From: a virus
Taxonomy: Duplodnaviria; Caudoviricetes
DNA: 38,194 nt
Direction: 5' to 3' (one strand)
Virus record (IMG/VR): IMGVR_UViG_3300048901_000032
Span: 1 to 38,194 of that record
Under the pieces are notes generated by a model. It saw only the letters and a list, made by a program, of their open reading frames with translations. It ran no database searches and had not been told where the DNA came from. Numbering within the stretch: the stretch's first letter is position 1; every line of letters starts with the position of its first letter. This document shows, piece after piece, positions 16,655-26,428 of this stretch. Both the position numbers and the translations under genes were made by a program.

Positions 16655-17098
16655 ATGTTGTTCGACAAGCAAAACCAGTTCTCGGACGCGCAGGCGGTCA
16701 CCGTCGACGCGATTTCCTCCAACGTCATCGACACCCTGCCGATGACCTCCAACCCCAACACCGTCCAGAACCTGGGCGGGTTGGCCGCGATGTTCCTGTG
16801 CATCCAGGTCACCGAAACCTTCGCCACCACGGTGTCGGTCACGATCACCTTGGAGTCGGACTCGACCGCGGACCTGGCCACCTCGGCCACGGTGCACATC
16901 AATACCGGCGCGATTCCGGTCGCCACGCTGGTGGCCGGCTACACGCTGTTCATCCCGCTGCCGATCGGCAACTACGAGCGGTATCTGGGCGTGCGTTATG
17001 ACGTCAGCACCTCGGCAACGGCCGGCAAGTTCAACGCCTTCCTGACCCGCGAAGTGCAGAACTGGAAGCCGTACGCTTCCGGCTCGGCGAGCATCTGA
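16655..17098 (+). CDS. Capsid cement protein (Bbp16-like)
   Basis: MLFDKQNQFSDAQAVT...SSNVID, VTETF, LVAG, ERYLGVRY, TAGKFNAFL; directly after the capsid gene. Confidence 0.9.
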   Translation: MLFDKQNQFSDAQAVTVDAISSNVIDTLPMTSNPNTVQNLGGLAAMFLCIQVTETFATTVSVTITLESDSTADLATSATVHINTGAIPVATLVAGYTLFIPLPIGNYERYLGVRYDVSTSATAGKFNAFLTREVQNWKPYASGSASI

Positions 17099-17112
17099 TC
17101 CAAGCAGTGACG

Positions 17113-17136
17113 GCTGGGCGCCTTCGGGCGCCCGGT
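17113..17136 (+). terminator. Stem-loop terminator after capsid and cement genes
   Basis: GCTGGGCGCC-TTCG-GGCGCCCGGT (cUUCGg loop) followed by a pyrimidine-rich tract. Confidence 0.6.
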
Positions 17137-17167
17137 CCGTTCCCCTTCTCCTGACGAGGTTTTCCCG

Positions 17168-17584
17168 ATGGCTACCAAAGCTGAAAAATCCCCGACCGGT
17201 GCGCCGCTGGCGAAGGCGCCCGATGCGGTCAAACCCGCCGAAACCACGCGCAGCCGCCGGGTGATCGAGATGATCCCGACTGGCCCGCGCTATGAATTGC
17301 TCGAGGACAGCTACCTCGACAACGTCTACCGCAAGAAAGGCGACACCGTCGTGTACCTGGGCGAGCCCGGTTCGGCGCTGAAGCCGATCAACGACGAGGC
17401 CAAGAAGCGCAAGCAGGCCGTGCGCAATATCCGACTTGACCCGAAACTCGACCCGGCGGCCAAGAAGGCGGCCCTGCGCGAGCTGTCGGACGAGTGGAAC
17501 GGCGTGGAAGTCGAGGACCGCCTGCGCGACAGCGAGGCCGATCTCGACGACGACCTGCCGGACACCGACGCCACCGACGAGTAA
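17168..17584 (+). CDS. Hypothetical morphogenesis protein
   Basis: GAGGT RBS; 138 aa with a very acidic C-terminus. Confidence 0.8.
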   Translation: MATKAEKSPTGAPLAKAPDAVKPAETTRSRRVIEMIPTGPRYELLEDSYLDNVYRKKGDTVVYLGEPGSALKPINDEAKKRKQAVRNIRLDPKLDPAAKKAALRELSDEWNGVEVEDRLRDSEADLDDDLPDTDATDE

Positions 17585-17617
17585 TCGTCCCACCCTCTTA
17601 CCGCAAGGAAACGTGTC

Positions 17618-18838
17618 ATGGGCCGGGAAACCTGGAACGACGCAAGCCAAGACCATTTTTTGATCGATTACGACATCGACGACAAGGCGTCCGGGTCCGG
17701 CTCCGGGTTCATCCGGATCAAGATCAACGGGGTGCCGCTGTTCGTCGTCGACAAGACTGGCGCACTGGTGACCGGTTCGGCCTCTGTCGCCGGCGCGGTG
17801 CGCTACAAGGGCGTGATCAACTGTTCGGCCAATCCGAACTTCCCGGCCGCCACGTCGGGCGACCTGTACGTCGTCAGTGTCGCCGGCAAGATCGGCGGGG
17901 CGTCGGGCGTCACGATGGAAGCGGGCGACCTGGCGTTGTGCAAGACCACCAGCGCCGCCGGTACGCAAGCGGCGGTCGGTGCGAATTGGGACGAGATCCA
18001 GTCGAATATCACGGCCGCGCTCGCCGATGCCAACAACGGCCTGACCAATTCGAGCGGGACGGCGAAGCTGGGCGGCACGTTGCTCGCGGACACGACCATC
18101 GACATTGGCGCGTTCGGCATCAAGAAAACCTTCAGCACGGTCGACGCCACCGTCACGAACACGGGCTCCGACTGGTTCAACAATTCCGGCACGTTCGACT
18201 CGGGCTACCTCGAGCGCAACACGACGTTCCGCTCGGAAAAGGCGAACGGCGACTACACCGAGGTGACGGTCGATTTCTACACGCCGAACACGGGCGAGCC
18301 GGGTGCCGTCGTCGGCTATACCGTCACGGAGAAGGTCGGCACGGTGACCAAGGTCATCTACGGCGGCTACAACAACTCCAACGCGTTCATGCAGTACGAC
18401 TACGCCGACTCGGGTACGCCGGCGAATGACTCGTCTGCCGCGCTGATGCTGGTCGCCGATCCAGGCGACGGCGCGTTGAACATGACCGGCCGCACGACCA
18501 CAACGCGAGGTACGCAGTCGGGCCTGGTCGCGTTGACCAGTTCGGCCGGTGCGCTCGCACTCGACGCGAAGGCCGGCGATTACTTCACGCATACGATGAC
18601 CGAGAACACGACGCTCGCGGTGTCGAACGCGCCCGGCGCGGGCCTCGCGCAAACCATCGCGATCCGCATCCTGCAGCACGCCAGTGCGGCCAAGACACTG
18701 ACCTTGCCGGCATCGTTCAAGCCGATGGACGGCAGCGACACCGCGATCCAGACGGGCCTTGGCTCGTACACGATCCTCACCGCGACCACTTTCGACGGTG
18801 GCACGCGTTGGGAATACGTGATGAAGGCGGGCGGCTAA
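17618..18838 (+). CDS. Fibre-like virion protein (possible head fibre) with a C-terminal beta-sandwich
   Basis: Gly/Thr/Ala-rich; YKGVINCSANPNFP..GDLYVVSVAG fibre module; C-terminal LD...GDYF...T...SNAP...Q.....TLTLPASFK...TILT..TFDGGTRW domain; AAGGA RBS. Confidence 0.7.
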   Translation: MGRETWNDASQDHFLIDYDIDDKASGSGSGFIRIKINGVPLFVVDKTGALVTGSASVAGAVRYKGVINCSANPNFPAATSGDLYVVSVAGKIGGASGVTMEAGDLALCKTTSAAGTQAAVGANWDEIQSNITAALADANNGLTNSSGTAKLGGTLLADTTIDIGAFGIKKTFSTVDATVTNTGSDWFNNSGTFDSGYLERNTTFRSEKANGDYTEVTVDFYTPNTGEPGAVVGYTVTEKVGTVTKVIYGGYNNSNAFMQYDYADSGTPANDSSAALMLVADPGDGALNMTGRTTTTRGTQSGLVALTSSAGALALDAKAGDYFTHTMTENTTLAVSNAPGAGLAQTIAIRILQHASAAKTLTLPASFKPMDGSDTAIQTGLGSYTILTATTFDGGTRWEYVMKAGG

Positions 18839-19479
18839 TGAGCGCCCTGGCGTTGTTGCAAGGTATGGCGGCGAGCGCCGTACCGGTCGTGCCGGTCACA
18901 CTCAGCACGACCGACACGGCTGCGAATCTCACGCGGTCGAACGGCGACCTGACGCTGACCCGCGACGCGGCGGCGGCACCGGCGTGGCGCATCGACCGTG
19001 TCACGCTCTCGAAAAATTCCGGCAAGCGGTGGGCGGAATGGAGCCCGACCGTTTACGGCGGCAATGGTGGCCAGATGCTCGGCCTGATCGGCGGCTCGGA
19101 CACGCTGACCAATTACACCGGCTCGACCACGCCCAGCGCCGGCTATGCGCTCGACGAGTCGCCGACCACGCACGTCTACTACAACGGCGGCACCACCGTC
19201 GGCGGCGGCCCGCAGGGCGATGTCGTGGGTGACCACTACATGATGTGCATGTTCTGGACGGGCGGCACGGTCCGGATCTGGTGCAAGGCATTGTCCGTCG
19301 CGGGTTGGATTGGCGGCGGCGATCCGGCGGCCAACACGTCGCCGACCTGCATCATCACGGCGACCGATATGTTCCTGGCCGTCGGCCTGAACTTCTCGGG
19401 CGATGCCGGGACGCTCAACGTGGGCGGCAGCACGCCGAGCAATACGGTGCCGACCGGGTTCATCGGATACCAGGATTAG
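18838..19479 (+). CDS. SPRY/B30.2 (ConA-like) domain protein, putative fibre tip
   Basis: LTRSNGDLTLT...SKNSGKRWAEW...MLGL...VGDHYMM...GTLNVG...PTGF; TAATG-coupled to the fibre gene. Confidence 0.65.
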   Translation: MSALALLQGMAASAVPVVPVTLSTTDTAANLTRSNGDLTLTRDAAAAPAWRIDRVTLSKNSGKRWAEWSPTVYGGNGGQMLGLIGGSDTLTNYTGSTTPSAGYALDESPTTHVYYNGGTTVGGGPQGDVVGDHYMMCMFWTGGTVRIWCKALSVAGWIGGGDPAANTSPTCIITATDMFLAVGLNFSGDAGTLNVGGSTPSNTVPTGFIGYQD

Positions 19480-19480
19480 C

Positions 19481-20137
19481 ATGACCGCCTTCGTCGATGT
19501 CGACATCTGCAACTTCGCGCTGGGTCGGATTGGCGTCGATCGGACGATCCTGGCCTTGTCGGAGAACAGCAAGGAAGCCCGTAACTGCCGGCGCTTCTAT
19601 CCGCTGTGTCGCGACGAAGTGCTCGAGCGCGTGCCCTGGCCGTTTGCCGTGCGCGTGCAGGCCCTGGCGCAATTGCCGGCGGCGACGCTGCTGCCGGGCT
19701 GGTCGTACCAGTACGCGACACCTACCGACTGCCTGACCATGCTCGAGGTCGTGCCGTCCGGCGAGGTGGCGTCGGTGTCCGGCTACTACCAGAACTGCGA
19801 CGGGCCGTGGGCGGCGCCCCGTAAACCCGCCTATGCCTTCCGGCGCGCGCTGTCGGTCGATGGCACGTTGCCGATCGTCCTGTCGAGCCTGCCGGATGCT
19901 TACGGCATCTACGTCTCGCGGGTCGACAACACGGCCGCCTACTCCACCCTGCTGGTGTCGTGCATTGCCGACCGCCTGGGCATGGAGCTCGCCATGCCGA
20001 TGACGGGCGATCCGCGCTGGTTTCAGGTCTGCCAGCAACGCTACCAGGCCGCGTTCATCGATTCGGCCAGTCGCCAGTTCGAACAGAAAACCGACGGCCC
20101 GGCCGCAGATGCGCCGGCCATTCGGGCGCGGGGGTGA
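19481..20137 (+). CDS. Tail tubular protein A/adaptor (T7 gp11-like)
   Basis: DVDICNFALGRIG...SKEARNCRRFY...RDEVL...PWPFA...WSYQYATPTDCL...ELAMPMTG. Confidence 0.9.
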   Translation: MTAFVDVDICNFALGRIGVDRTILALSENSKEARNCRRFYPLCRDEVLERVPWPFAVRVQALAQLPAATLLPGWSYQYATPTDCLTMLEVVPSGEVASVSGYYQNCDGPWAAPRKPAYAFRRALSVDGTLPIVLSSLPDAYGIYVSRVDNTAAYSTLLVSCIADRLGMELAMPMTGDPRWFQVCQQRYQAAFIDSASRQFEQKTDGPAADAPAIRARG

Positions 20138-20140
20138 TCC

Positions 20141-21430
20141 GTGGCGGGTCCGATCTCCCAGGGACAGCTGAAACCTAAACTGCTGCAGGCGACGCTGACC
20201 GCGGGCGAAATGGCGCCGTCCCTGTGGGGGCGGGTCGACATCGCGCGGTATCAGTCGGCCCTGCGTCGCTGCCGCAACTTCCTGGTCCGGCCCTACGGCG
20301 GTGTCGAGAACCGGCCCGGGTTGCGCTTTGCGCAGGGCTGGTCGGGTATCAGCCACAATCGCCTGGTCCCGTTCACCTTCTCGGCGACGACGTCCTACGT
20401 CCTGTTCTTCGGCGATGGCTACGTCCGCTTCTTCTACGCCGGGGCCGAGGTCGCACCGACCGCGCCGGCCTATGCCGCGGGCACGACCTACGCGCTCGAC
20501 GCCTATGTCACGTCCGCGGGCATCGTCTACCGCTCCCTGCAGGCGGGCAATATCGGGCACACGCCGGCCAGTTCGCCGACCTATTGGGTCGCCGATGCCG
20601 GTCTGCAGGTCACGGTGCCGTACACGGCGGCGCAGCTCGCCAAGGTCCGCTACACGCAATCCGCCGACGTGCTGTATCTGGTGCATCCGGATGTGCCGCC
20701 CCGGGAATTGCGGCGCCTGTCGAGCAACAGCTTCGAGGTCCGCCTGTTCGAGAACAAGGAGGGTCCGTTCCTCGATCTCAACAACGACGAGGCGATCAAG
20801 GTCGCAGCGAACGGGACGCAGGGCACGGTCACGATCTCGGCGTCGAAAAACATCTTTACCGCGGACATGGTCGGCGGCCTGTTCTACCTCGAGGTCAAGA
20901 ACCTGGGGCAGGTCAAGCCGTGGGTCGTGGGCGATCGCAGCGTCGTGGTCGGCGATCTGCGGCGATCGGACGGCAAGACCTATCGGGCGGTGACGGTGCC
21001 GGCGGGTGCTTCGCCGATCTGGCACGAAACCGGCCCGCTGGAACCGCTGCATGAGTCGGGTCGCGCCTGGGACGGTCCCGGTGATGCCCGCACCGATGGC
21101 ACGCATATCTGGACGGTTGGCATCGAGTGGGAGTTCCTTGATACCGGCTTCGGCTGCGTGAAGCTGACCACGTTCACCGATGGCGCGCACATGATCGGCA
21201 CCGTCACCAAGCGATTGCCCGAGCAGGTCGTGGGCGGCGTCGGCTCGCCGGCGAACACCTGGAACCTGACCGGCGACGGCTCGACCAAGACGTTCGCGAT
21301 CGCGGGCGCCGGCTACGGCATCTACGCGGTCACGATCGACGGCGTCGGCATTCCGTCGGATCCCAACTATGTCCAGCCCGACCCGATCGGTGGCGGCTTC
21401 GGCGATCACGGCGGCCGGAGGCAGCTATGA
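20141..21430 (+). CDS. Tail tubular protein B/nozzle (T7 gp12-like), N-terminal part
   Basis: Q....AGEMAPSLWGRVDIARY...CRNFLVRPYGGVENRPG, RLVPFTFS, YTQSADVLYLVHP. Confidence 0.88.
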   Translation: MAGPISQGQLKPKLLQATLTAGEMAPSLWGRVDIARYQSALRRCRNFLVRPYGGVENRPGLRFAQGWSGISHNRLVPFTFSATTSYVLFFGDGYVRFFYAGAEVAPTAPAYAAGTTYALDAYVTSAGIVYRSLQAGNIGHTPASSPTYWVADAGLQVTVPYTAAQLAKVRYTQSADVLYLVHPDVPPRELRRLSSNSFEVRLFENKEGPFLDLNNDEAIKVAANGTQGTVTISASKNIFTADMVGGLFYLEVKNLGQVKPWVVGDRSVVVGDLRRSDGKTYRAVTVPAGASPIWHETGPLEPLHESGRAWDGPGDARTDGTHIWTVGIEWEFLDTGFGCVKLTTFTDGAHMIGTVTKRLPEQVVGGVGSPANTWNLTGDGSTKTFAIAGAGYGIYAVTIDGVGIPSDPNYVQPDPIGGGFGDHGGRRQL

Positions 21431-23118
21431 GCCAGGGCTGGATCATTGATCGTGTCGGCGACACCATCACCTTCAACGAGGCGCCGGCCAATGGCGCGGC
21501 GATCGTCGTCACCGAAACCGCGGGCGCGACCTACAACGCGACCGACGTCTGGGCGTTCGGCGCCTGGAATCCGGGCTTTGGCTATCCCGCTGAGGTGGAG
21601 TTCTTCTCGGACCGACTGATCTACGCCAACAATTACCGGCAACCGCAGACGCTGTGGATGTCGCAGTCGGGCAGCTACGTCGACTTCGGCCGGCATGTGC
21701 CGATCGAGGACACCGACGCCATCACCCAGACGATCAACGCGCGCGCGGTCAACGCGATCCGCGAGCTGGTGCCGCTGTCCGAACTGATCATCATGACGTC
21801 GTCGATGGAGTGGAAGCTCACGACCGGCGCCGACGAGGTCGTGGCGCCGGGCAAGACCGGGTTCAAGCCGCAGACCTATTGGGGCAACGAGGGCCTGCCG
21901 GCGCAGATTGTCGGCGACACCGCGATCTTCGTGCAGGGCTGCGGGAACGTCGTGCGCGACATCGGTTTCACCTTCACCGCGGACAAGTACACCGGCAACG
22001 ACCTGACCATCTACGCCAACCATCTGCTCGAGGGTTTCCAGGTGGTCGACCTGGCCTTCCAGAAGGCGCCCTATTCGACGGTCTGGATCGTGCGCAGCGA
22101 TGGCGCGCTGATCTCGATTGCCTATATCCGCGAGCAGGAAGTGGTTGGCTTTGCCCTGCACCACACTGATGGCGCGTTCGAGTCGGTCTGCTGCGTGCCC
22201 GATGGCGACCAGGACGCGGTGTATTTCACGGTCCGGCGCACGGTCAACAACGTGGAGCGGGTCAGCGTCGAGTATCTGGCGCGGCGTGACCTGGTTGATC
22301 CGCGTGACGCCTTCTTCGTCGATTCGGGCCTGACGTTCAATGGCCGGGCGATCTCGGGGACGCAGACGCTGTCGACGGGGGCCGGCTGGACCGAGAACGA
22401 TACGCTGACCTTGACCGGCTCAGTCGCGCGCTGGGTCGGCGCGAGCGACATCGGCGACATGGTGCGGCTGATCATTCCGACGACGACCATCGTCAACGGC
22501 GACATCGTGCACGGCGAAACGTCCTTGCGCCTGGTGATCATCGGCTACACCGATTCGACGCACGTGTCGGTGCATTCGATCGGCGATGTGCCGGCGGCGT
22601 TCCGGTCCGTGGCGTTCAGCCGTTGGGAACTGCTGCGCGACACCGTCGGCGGGCTCGATCATCTGGCGCACAAGACCGTATCGGTCCTGGCCGATGGTGA
22701 AGTGCAGGGGCAGAAGGAAGTCGTGCAGGTCGGCGGCGTGTGGCAGATATCGCTCGACCAGCCGGCGGCGGTCGTGCAGGTCGGCCTGCCCTACCAGTCG
22801 CTGATTGAGTCTTTGGACATCAACCTGGCCGGGGCGGAAACCGTGCGCGATCGGTCGAAGCTGATCACCCGGACGGCGCTGCTGGTCAAGGATACCCGCG
22901 GCCTCAAGTCGGGGCCGACGGCGGACCAGCTCGACGACTTCAAGATTCGCGAGTTCGAGAACTACACCGATCCGATCGCGCTGCTGTCGGGCATCCTCGA
23001 CGTCAATACCTCGGCGACGTGGGACCGCAATGGCCGGTTCGTGGTCGTGCAGGATGATCCGTTGCCGGCGACGATCCTGTCGCTGATTCCGGAAGTCGCC
23101 ATCGCGGGGACCGGCTGA
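21427..23118 (+). CDS. Tail tubular protein B/nozzle, C-terminal part
   Basis: GGAGG RBS; WAFGAW...GYP..V.FF.DRL, W.SQSG.Y.DF, EQEVVGFA.H.TDG, GLDHL, VGLPY, QDDPLPATILS. Confidence 0.88.
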   Translation: MSQGWIIDRVGDTITFNEAPANGAAIVVTETAGATYNATDVWAFGAWNPGFGYPAEVEFFSDRLIYANNYRQPQTLWMSQSGSYVDFGRHVPIEDTDAITQTINARAVNAIRELVPLSELIIMTSSMEWKLTTGADEVVAPGKTGFKPQTYWGNEGLPAQIVGDTAIFVQGCGNVVRDIGFTFTADKYTGNDLTIYANHLLEGFQVVDLAFQKAPYSTVWIVRSDGALISIAYIREQEVVGFALHHTDGAFESVCCVPDGDQDAVYFTVRRTVNNVERVSVEYLARRDLVDPRDAFFVDSGLTFNGRAISGTQTLSTGAGWTENDTLTLTGSVARWVGASDIGDMVRLIIPTTTIVNGDIVHGETSLRLVIIGYTDSTHVSVHSIGDVPAAFRSVAFSRWELLRDTVGGLDHLAHKTVSVLADGEVQGQKEVVQVGGVWQISLDQPAAVVQVGLPYQSLIESLDINLAGAETVRDRSKLITRTALLVKDTRGLKSGPTADQLDDFKIREFENYTDPIALLSGILDVNTSATWDRNGRFVVVQDDPLPATILSLIPEVAIAGTG

Positions 23119-23582
23119 TGCGCCGGCACTGCGAGCTCGTTCCGGTGATGCCGCAGCACGTCGACTACGTGGCGGCGTTCATGCGTCCGCGCGATGTCGC
23201 CGAGGTCTGGGCCTCGCACCATGCGGCACCGGCCGAGGCCCTGCAGCGCGGCGTGTCGAGCGCGATCGTGGCCTGGACGGGCCTGGTCAATGGGGAGCCG
23301 GTGTGCATCTTCGGGGCGTCGCCTAACTCGTTGCTGACCGGCGATGGTTCGCCGTGGATGCTGGCGACGCCGACCCTGCAGGTCGTCGAGCGTCCCTTCC
23401 TGCGGGTATCGCGCGCGGCGGTGGAGGCGATGCAGGATATTTTCCCGAGGCTGGTCAACTACGTGGATAATCGCAACGTCTGCGCGCAGCGGTGGTTGGC
23501 CTGGCTCGGCTTCACGTTGGAACCGCCCGCGCCGTATGGTGCCGAGCAGTTGTTGTTTCGCCGCTTTTGGAGGGAACGCTAA
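23118..23582 (+). CDS. GNAT-fold protein (T7 gp13/DUF2833-like)
   Basis: MRPRDVAEV, PVCIFG, PWMLAT, LVNYVDNRN..AQRWLAWLGF. Confidence 0.8.
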   Translation: MRRHCELVPVMPQHVDYVAAFMRPRDVAEVWASHHAAPAEALQRGVSSAIVAWTGLVNGEPVCIFGASPNSLLTGDGSPWMLATPTLQVVERPFLRVSRAAVEAMQDIFPRLVNYVDNRNVCAQRWLAWLGFTLEPPAPYGAEQLLFRRFWRER

Positions 23583-24175
23583 TGTGCGGTCCTTTGGTCG
23601 TACCTATCATCATGATCGCGACCGCCGTCATTGGCGGCGCGGTCGCGTACACCAGTTCGAAGAACCAGTCCGAGTACCAGGAAAAGCTGGCGGACCAGAA
23701 CCAGAAGGTCGCCGAGGCGCAGGCGGTCGACGCCGAGCGGCTCGGGCAGATCGAAGCGGGCGAGGCGCGGCTACGAACGCGCCTGCAGCTGGCGTCACAG
23801 ACCGTGGGTTTTGCCGCCCAGAACGTCGCGGCCTCGGGCACCGCGCTGGATATCCTCGGCGATACCGCCATGTTCGGCGAGATCGACCAGCAACGCATCC
23901 GGGCCAATGCTGCCCGTCGGGCCTGGGGCTTTCGGACGCAGGGCTATGACATCGGCGCCCAGAACACGCTCAACCAGTACGCGGGCCGCATGGACCGGGT
24001 CGGCACGATCCTGTCGACGGTCGGCAAGGTGGCGGGCTCGTTCGGCAGTTTCGGCGGCAGCAGCCCAGCGCCTTTGGGCGGGGGCGCGGCGCCGAGTTTC
24101 GTCGGGACCGGCTACGGGTCGACGTGGGGGACCGGTGCCGGATTGGGTGCCGCAGGTTACGGACCGGGACACTGA
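23582..24175 (+). CDS. Internal virion/ejection protein (gp14-like)
   Basis: MC start, hydrophobic N-terminal helix, SGTALDILGDT...NAARRAWGF motif, Gly-rich tail. Confidence 0.85.
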   Translation: MCGPLVVPIIMIATAVIGGAVAYTSSKNQSEYQEKLADQNQKVAEAQAVDAERLGQIEAGEARLRTRLQLASQTVGFAAQNVAASGTALDILGDTAMFGEIDQQRIRANAARRAWGFRTQGYDIGAQNTLNQYAGRMDRVGTILSTVGKVAGSFGSFGGSSPAPLGGGAAPSFVGTGYGSTWGTGAGLGAAGYGPGH

Positions 24176-24178
24176 CGC

Positions 24179-26428
24179 ATGGCGACCGTTACGCGGGTAG
24201 AGGGACCGAGCGTCGCGCCGGACGCATTGCCGGGCGTGCGCCTGACCGCGCATCTGGATCCGAACGCGAGCGCGGGTCTGGAGCGCGGCATCGCCGATCT
24301 GGGCGCCGGCTTCGGGCATTTCGCCCAGGTCGAGCAGGACAAGGCCGATTCCGCGGCGGTGCTCGAGGCCCAGCGCAAGCTCGGCGATTGGGAGCGCAGC
24401 TGGTTCGACCCGAATAACCCGACCGGCGTCTACGCCAGCAAGGGCCGGGACGCGCGCGGTCTGGCCGATGCGGTGGCACCGGACTTCGAGCGGGTGTCGT
24501 CGGAGCTGGCGGGCTCGCTGAAGTCCGAACGTGCGCGCCAGGCGTTCACCGAGCATGCGTACAACGTGCGCGAGTCGGTGCTGAACCGGGTCAACAATTA
24601 CGCGGTCAATGAAAACGACCAGTACGTCGCGGCCGAGTTCAAGGCGTCGCTGGTCAACAACGCCGAGGGCGCGGCGCAGGCGGCGCTTGATGGCCGCTGG
24701 GACGATCAGGCCCGGCTGGTGCGCGATGGCCTGCGCACGATCAACGCGCAGGCGGTGGTGGCCGGGCAATCGCCGGAAGTGACACATACCCAGACCGACG
24801 CGTTCCTGTCGAGCGTGCACGCGACCGCGATCAATGGCTTGCTGGCCCGTGGCGAAACCGACCGGGCGATGGCGTATTTCAATGCCAACGCCGAGGACAT
24901 CTCGGCGAGCGCGGCCGGCGACCTGATGGCGAAGATGAAGCCGCTCCTGGAAGCCAAGGCGGCCTACGACTTCGTCGACGGCGTGCAGTCGGGCAACGTC
25001 ACCGCCGAAAGCACGGGCGCGCACCTGACGCTCGACCAGCTGTGGCCGGCGCAGACGCACCAGGAGTCGCCGACCGGCCAGTACAAGGATGGCCGGCTCG
25101 TCGTGTCGCCGAAGGGGGCCGTGGGTGGTGCCCAGGTCATGCCGGACACCGGGCCGGTGGCGGCCAAGATGGCGGGCGTGCCGTGGGATGCGGAGCTGTT
25201 CAATTACCAGCCGAGCAAGGCCAACCCGGACCCGGTGATGGAAGCCAAGGCCGCGGCCTACAACGACCTGCTGGGCAAGAGCTACATGCAGGCGCAGCTG
25301 ATCACCTTCGGCTCGGCGCCGTTGGCGCTGGCCGCGTACAACGCCGGTCCGGGCCGGGTCTTTGCCTGGCTCAAGCAGTACGGCGATCCCCGCAAGGGCG
25401 AGATCACGACGGCCGAGTGGGTGGCGAAAATCCCGGTGTCGGAAACCCGGAACTATGTGCAGACGATCAGCGCGCGCGCCGGTGCGCCGGTCGACACCGC
25501 CGTGACGGCGGGTCCGGGGCCGAATGCTTCGCTGTCCGACCAGTTGGCCGCGACCAAGGGCTTTCCCGTGGAGATGCGGTCGAAGATTGACGGCCTGATC
25601 ATCCAGCGCCATAGCGTGCAGGAGCAGGACCGGCAGGATGCCGACCGCCAGGCGCAGCAGGCGATCTTCGCGGCGGTCAACACGATGGACCCGCGCGGCA
25701 ACCTGATCAGCGCGCTGTCGCCGGACCAGTACGCGTTCGCGGCCCAGCACAATCAGCTGCTCGACCTGCAGGAAATCCTCAACAAGCGCGCCGGCGGCCA
25801 GCCGATCGTGTCGGACTTCGATACGCTGTCGTCGTTCCAGCAGGTGATTGATCGCGCGGCGGTGAGTCCGGCGGCGCGAGCGGGCTTGGCCACGCTCAAT
25901 CCCTACGATCCGAAGCTGACCCTGGCGCCGGAGGATCGGGCCAAGCTGCAGCAGCAGATCAACGTCCTGCAGTCCAAGGACGAGAAGAAGCTGGCGGTCG
26001 CAGCCTCCGAGGCGGAAGTGTCGCGGGTGATCACGCAATACCGCGTGCAGCAGCTCAAGCTGACCGACGATGCGATCAAGTCCAGCAACGACGCGCCGGA
26101 CAGCCCGCGTGCGCAGGCGATCGCGTTCGATCAAAGCATGCGGACCTGGGTCAGCCAGTTCGCGTCCGCCAATGGTCGGCAACCGACCTACACCGAGGTC
26201 ACCAAGCAGGCCGATGCGCTGACCTTCTCGGTGCCGGTCGTCAAGAAGGGCTGGGTCTGGGATAGCGAAACCACGAAGCCGGCGCTGGCGGTGAAGTCGA
26301 TCGACGACATTCCGCCCCGCTTCCGGACCGACATCACGCAGCGCCTGGCCGCCGGGGGCTATCCGCCCACCGAGGCTAATGTCCTGCGCTACTACAAGGA
26401 CGGCGTCGCACAGGGCCTGTTCAAATGA
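24179..26428 (+). CDS. Ejection protein with a lytic transglycosylase (SLT) domain
   Basis: QES...SPKGAVGGAQVMPDT...ALAAYNAGPGRV...IPVSETRNYV within a long helical protein. Confidence 0.9.
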   Translation: MATVTRVEGPSVAPDALPGVRLTAHLDPNASAGLERGIADLGAGFGHFAQVEQDKADSAAVLEAQRKLGDWERSWFDPNNPTGVYASKGRDARGLADAVAPDFERVSSELAGSLKSERARQAFTEHAYNVRESVLNRVNNYAVNENDQYVAAEFKASLVNNAEGAAQAALDGRWDDQARLVRDGLRTINAQAVVAGQSPEVTHTQTDAFLSSVHATAINGLLARGETDRAMAYFNANAEDISASAAGDLMAKMKPLLEAKAAYDFVDGVQSGNVTAESTGAHLTLDQLWPAQTHQESPTGQYKDGRLVVSPKGAVGGAQVMPDTGPVAAKMAGVPWDAELFNYQPSKANPDPVMEAKAAAYNDLLGKSYMQAQLITFGSAPLALAAYNAGPGRVFAWLKQYGDPRKGEITTAEWVAKIPVSETRNYVQTISARAGAPVDTAVTAGPGPNASLSDQLAATKGFPVEMRSKIDGLIIQRHSVQEQDRQDADRQAQQAIFAAVNTMDPRGNLISALSPDQYAFAAQHNQLLDLQEILNKRAGGQPIVSDFDTLSSFQQVIDRAAVSPAARAGLATLNPYDPKLTLAPEDRAKLQQQINVLQSKDEKKLAVAASEAEVSRVITQYRVQQLKLTDDAIKSSNDAPDSPRAQAIAFDQSMRTWVSQFASANGRQPTYTEVTKQADALTFSVPVVKKGWVWDSETTKPALAVKSIDDIPPRFRTDITQRLAAGGYPPTEANVLRYYKDGVAQGLFK

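Noticed and set aside
21367-21429. Translational bypass between the two CTATG copies at the nozzle split
   Set aside because: Matched TAT take-off and landing codons would resume in the wrong frame; no canonical slippery heptamer; the second ORF has its own GGAGG RBS.
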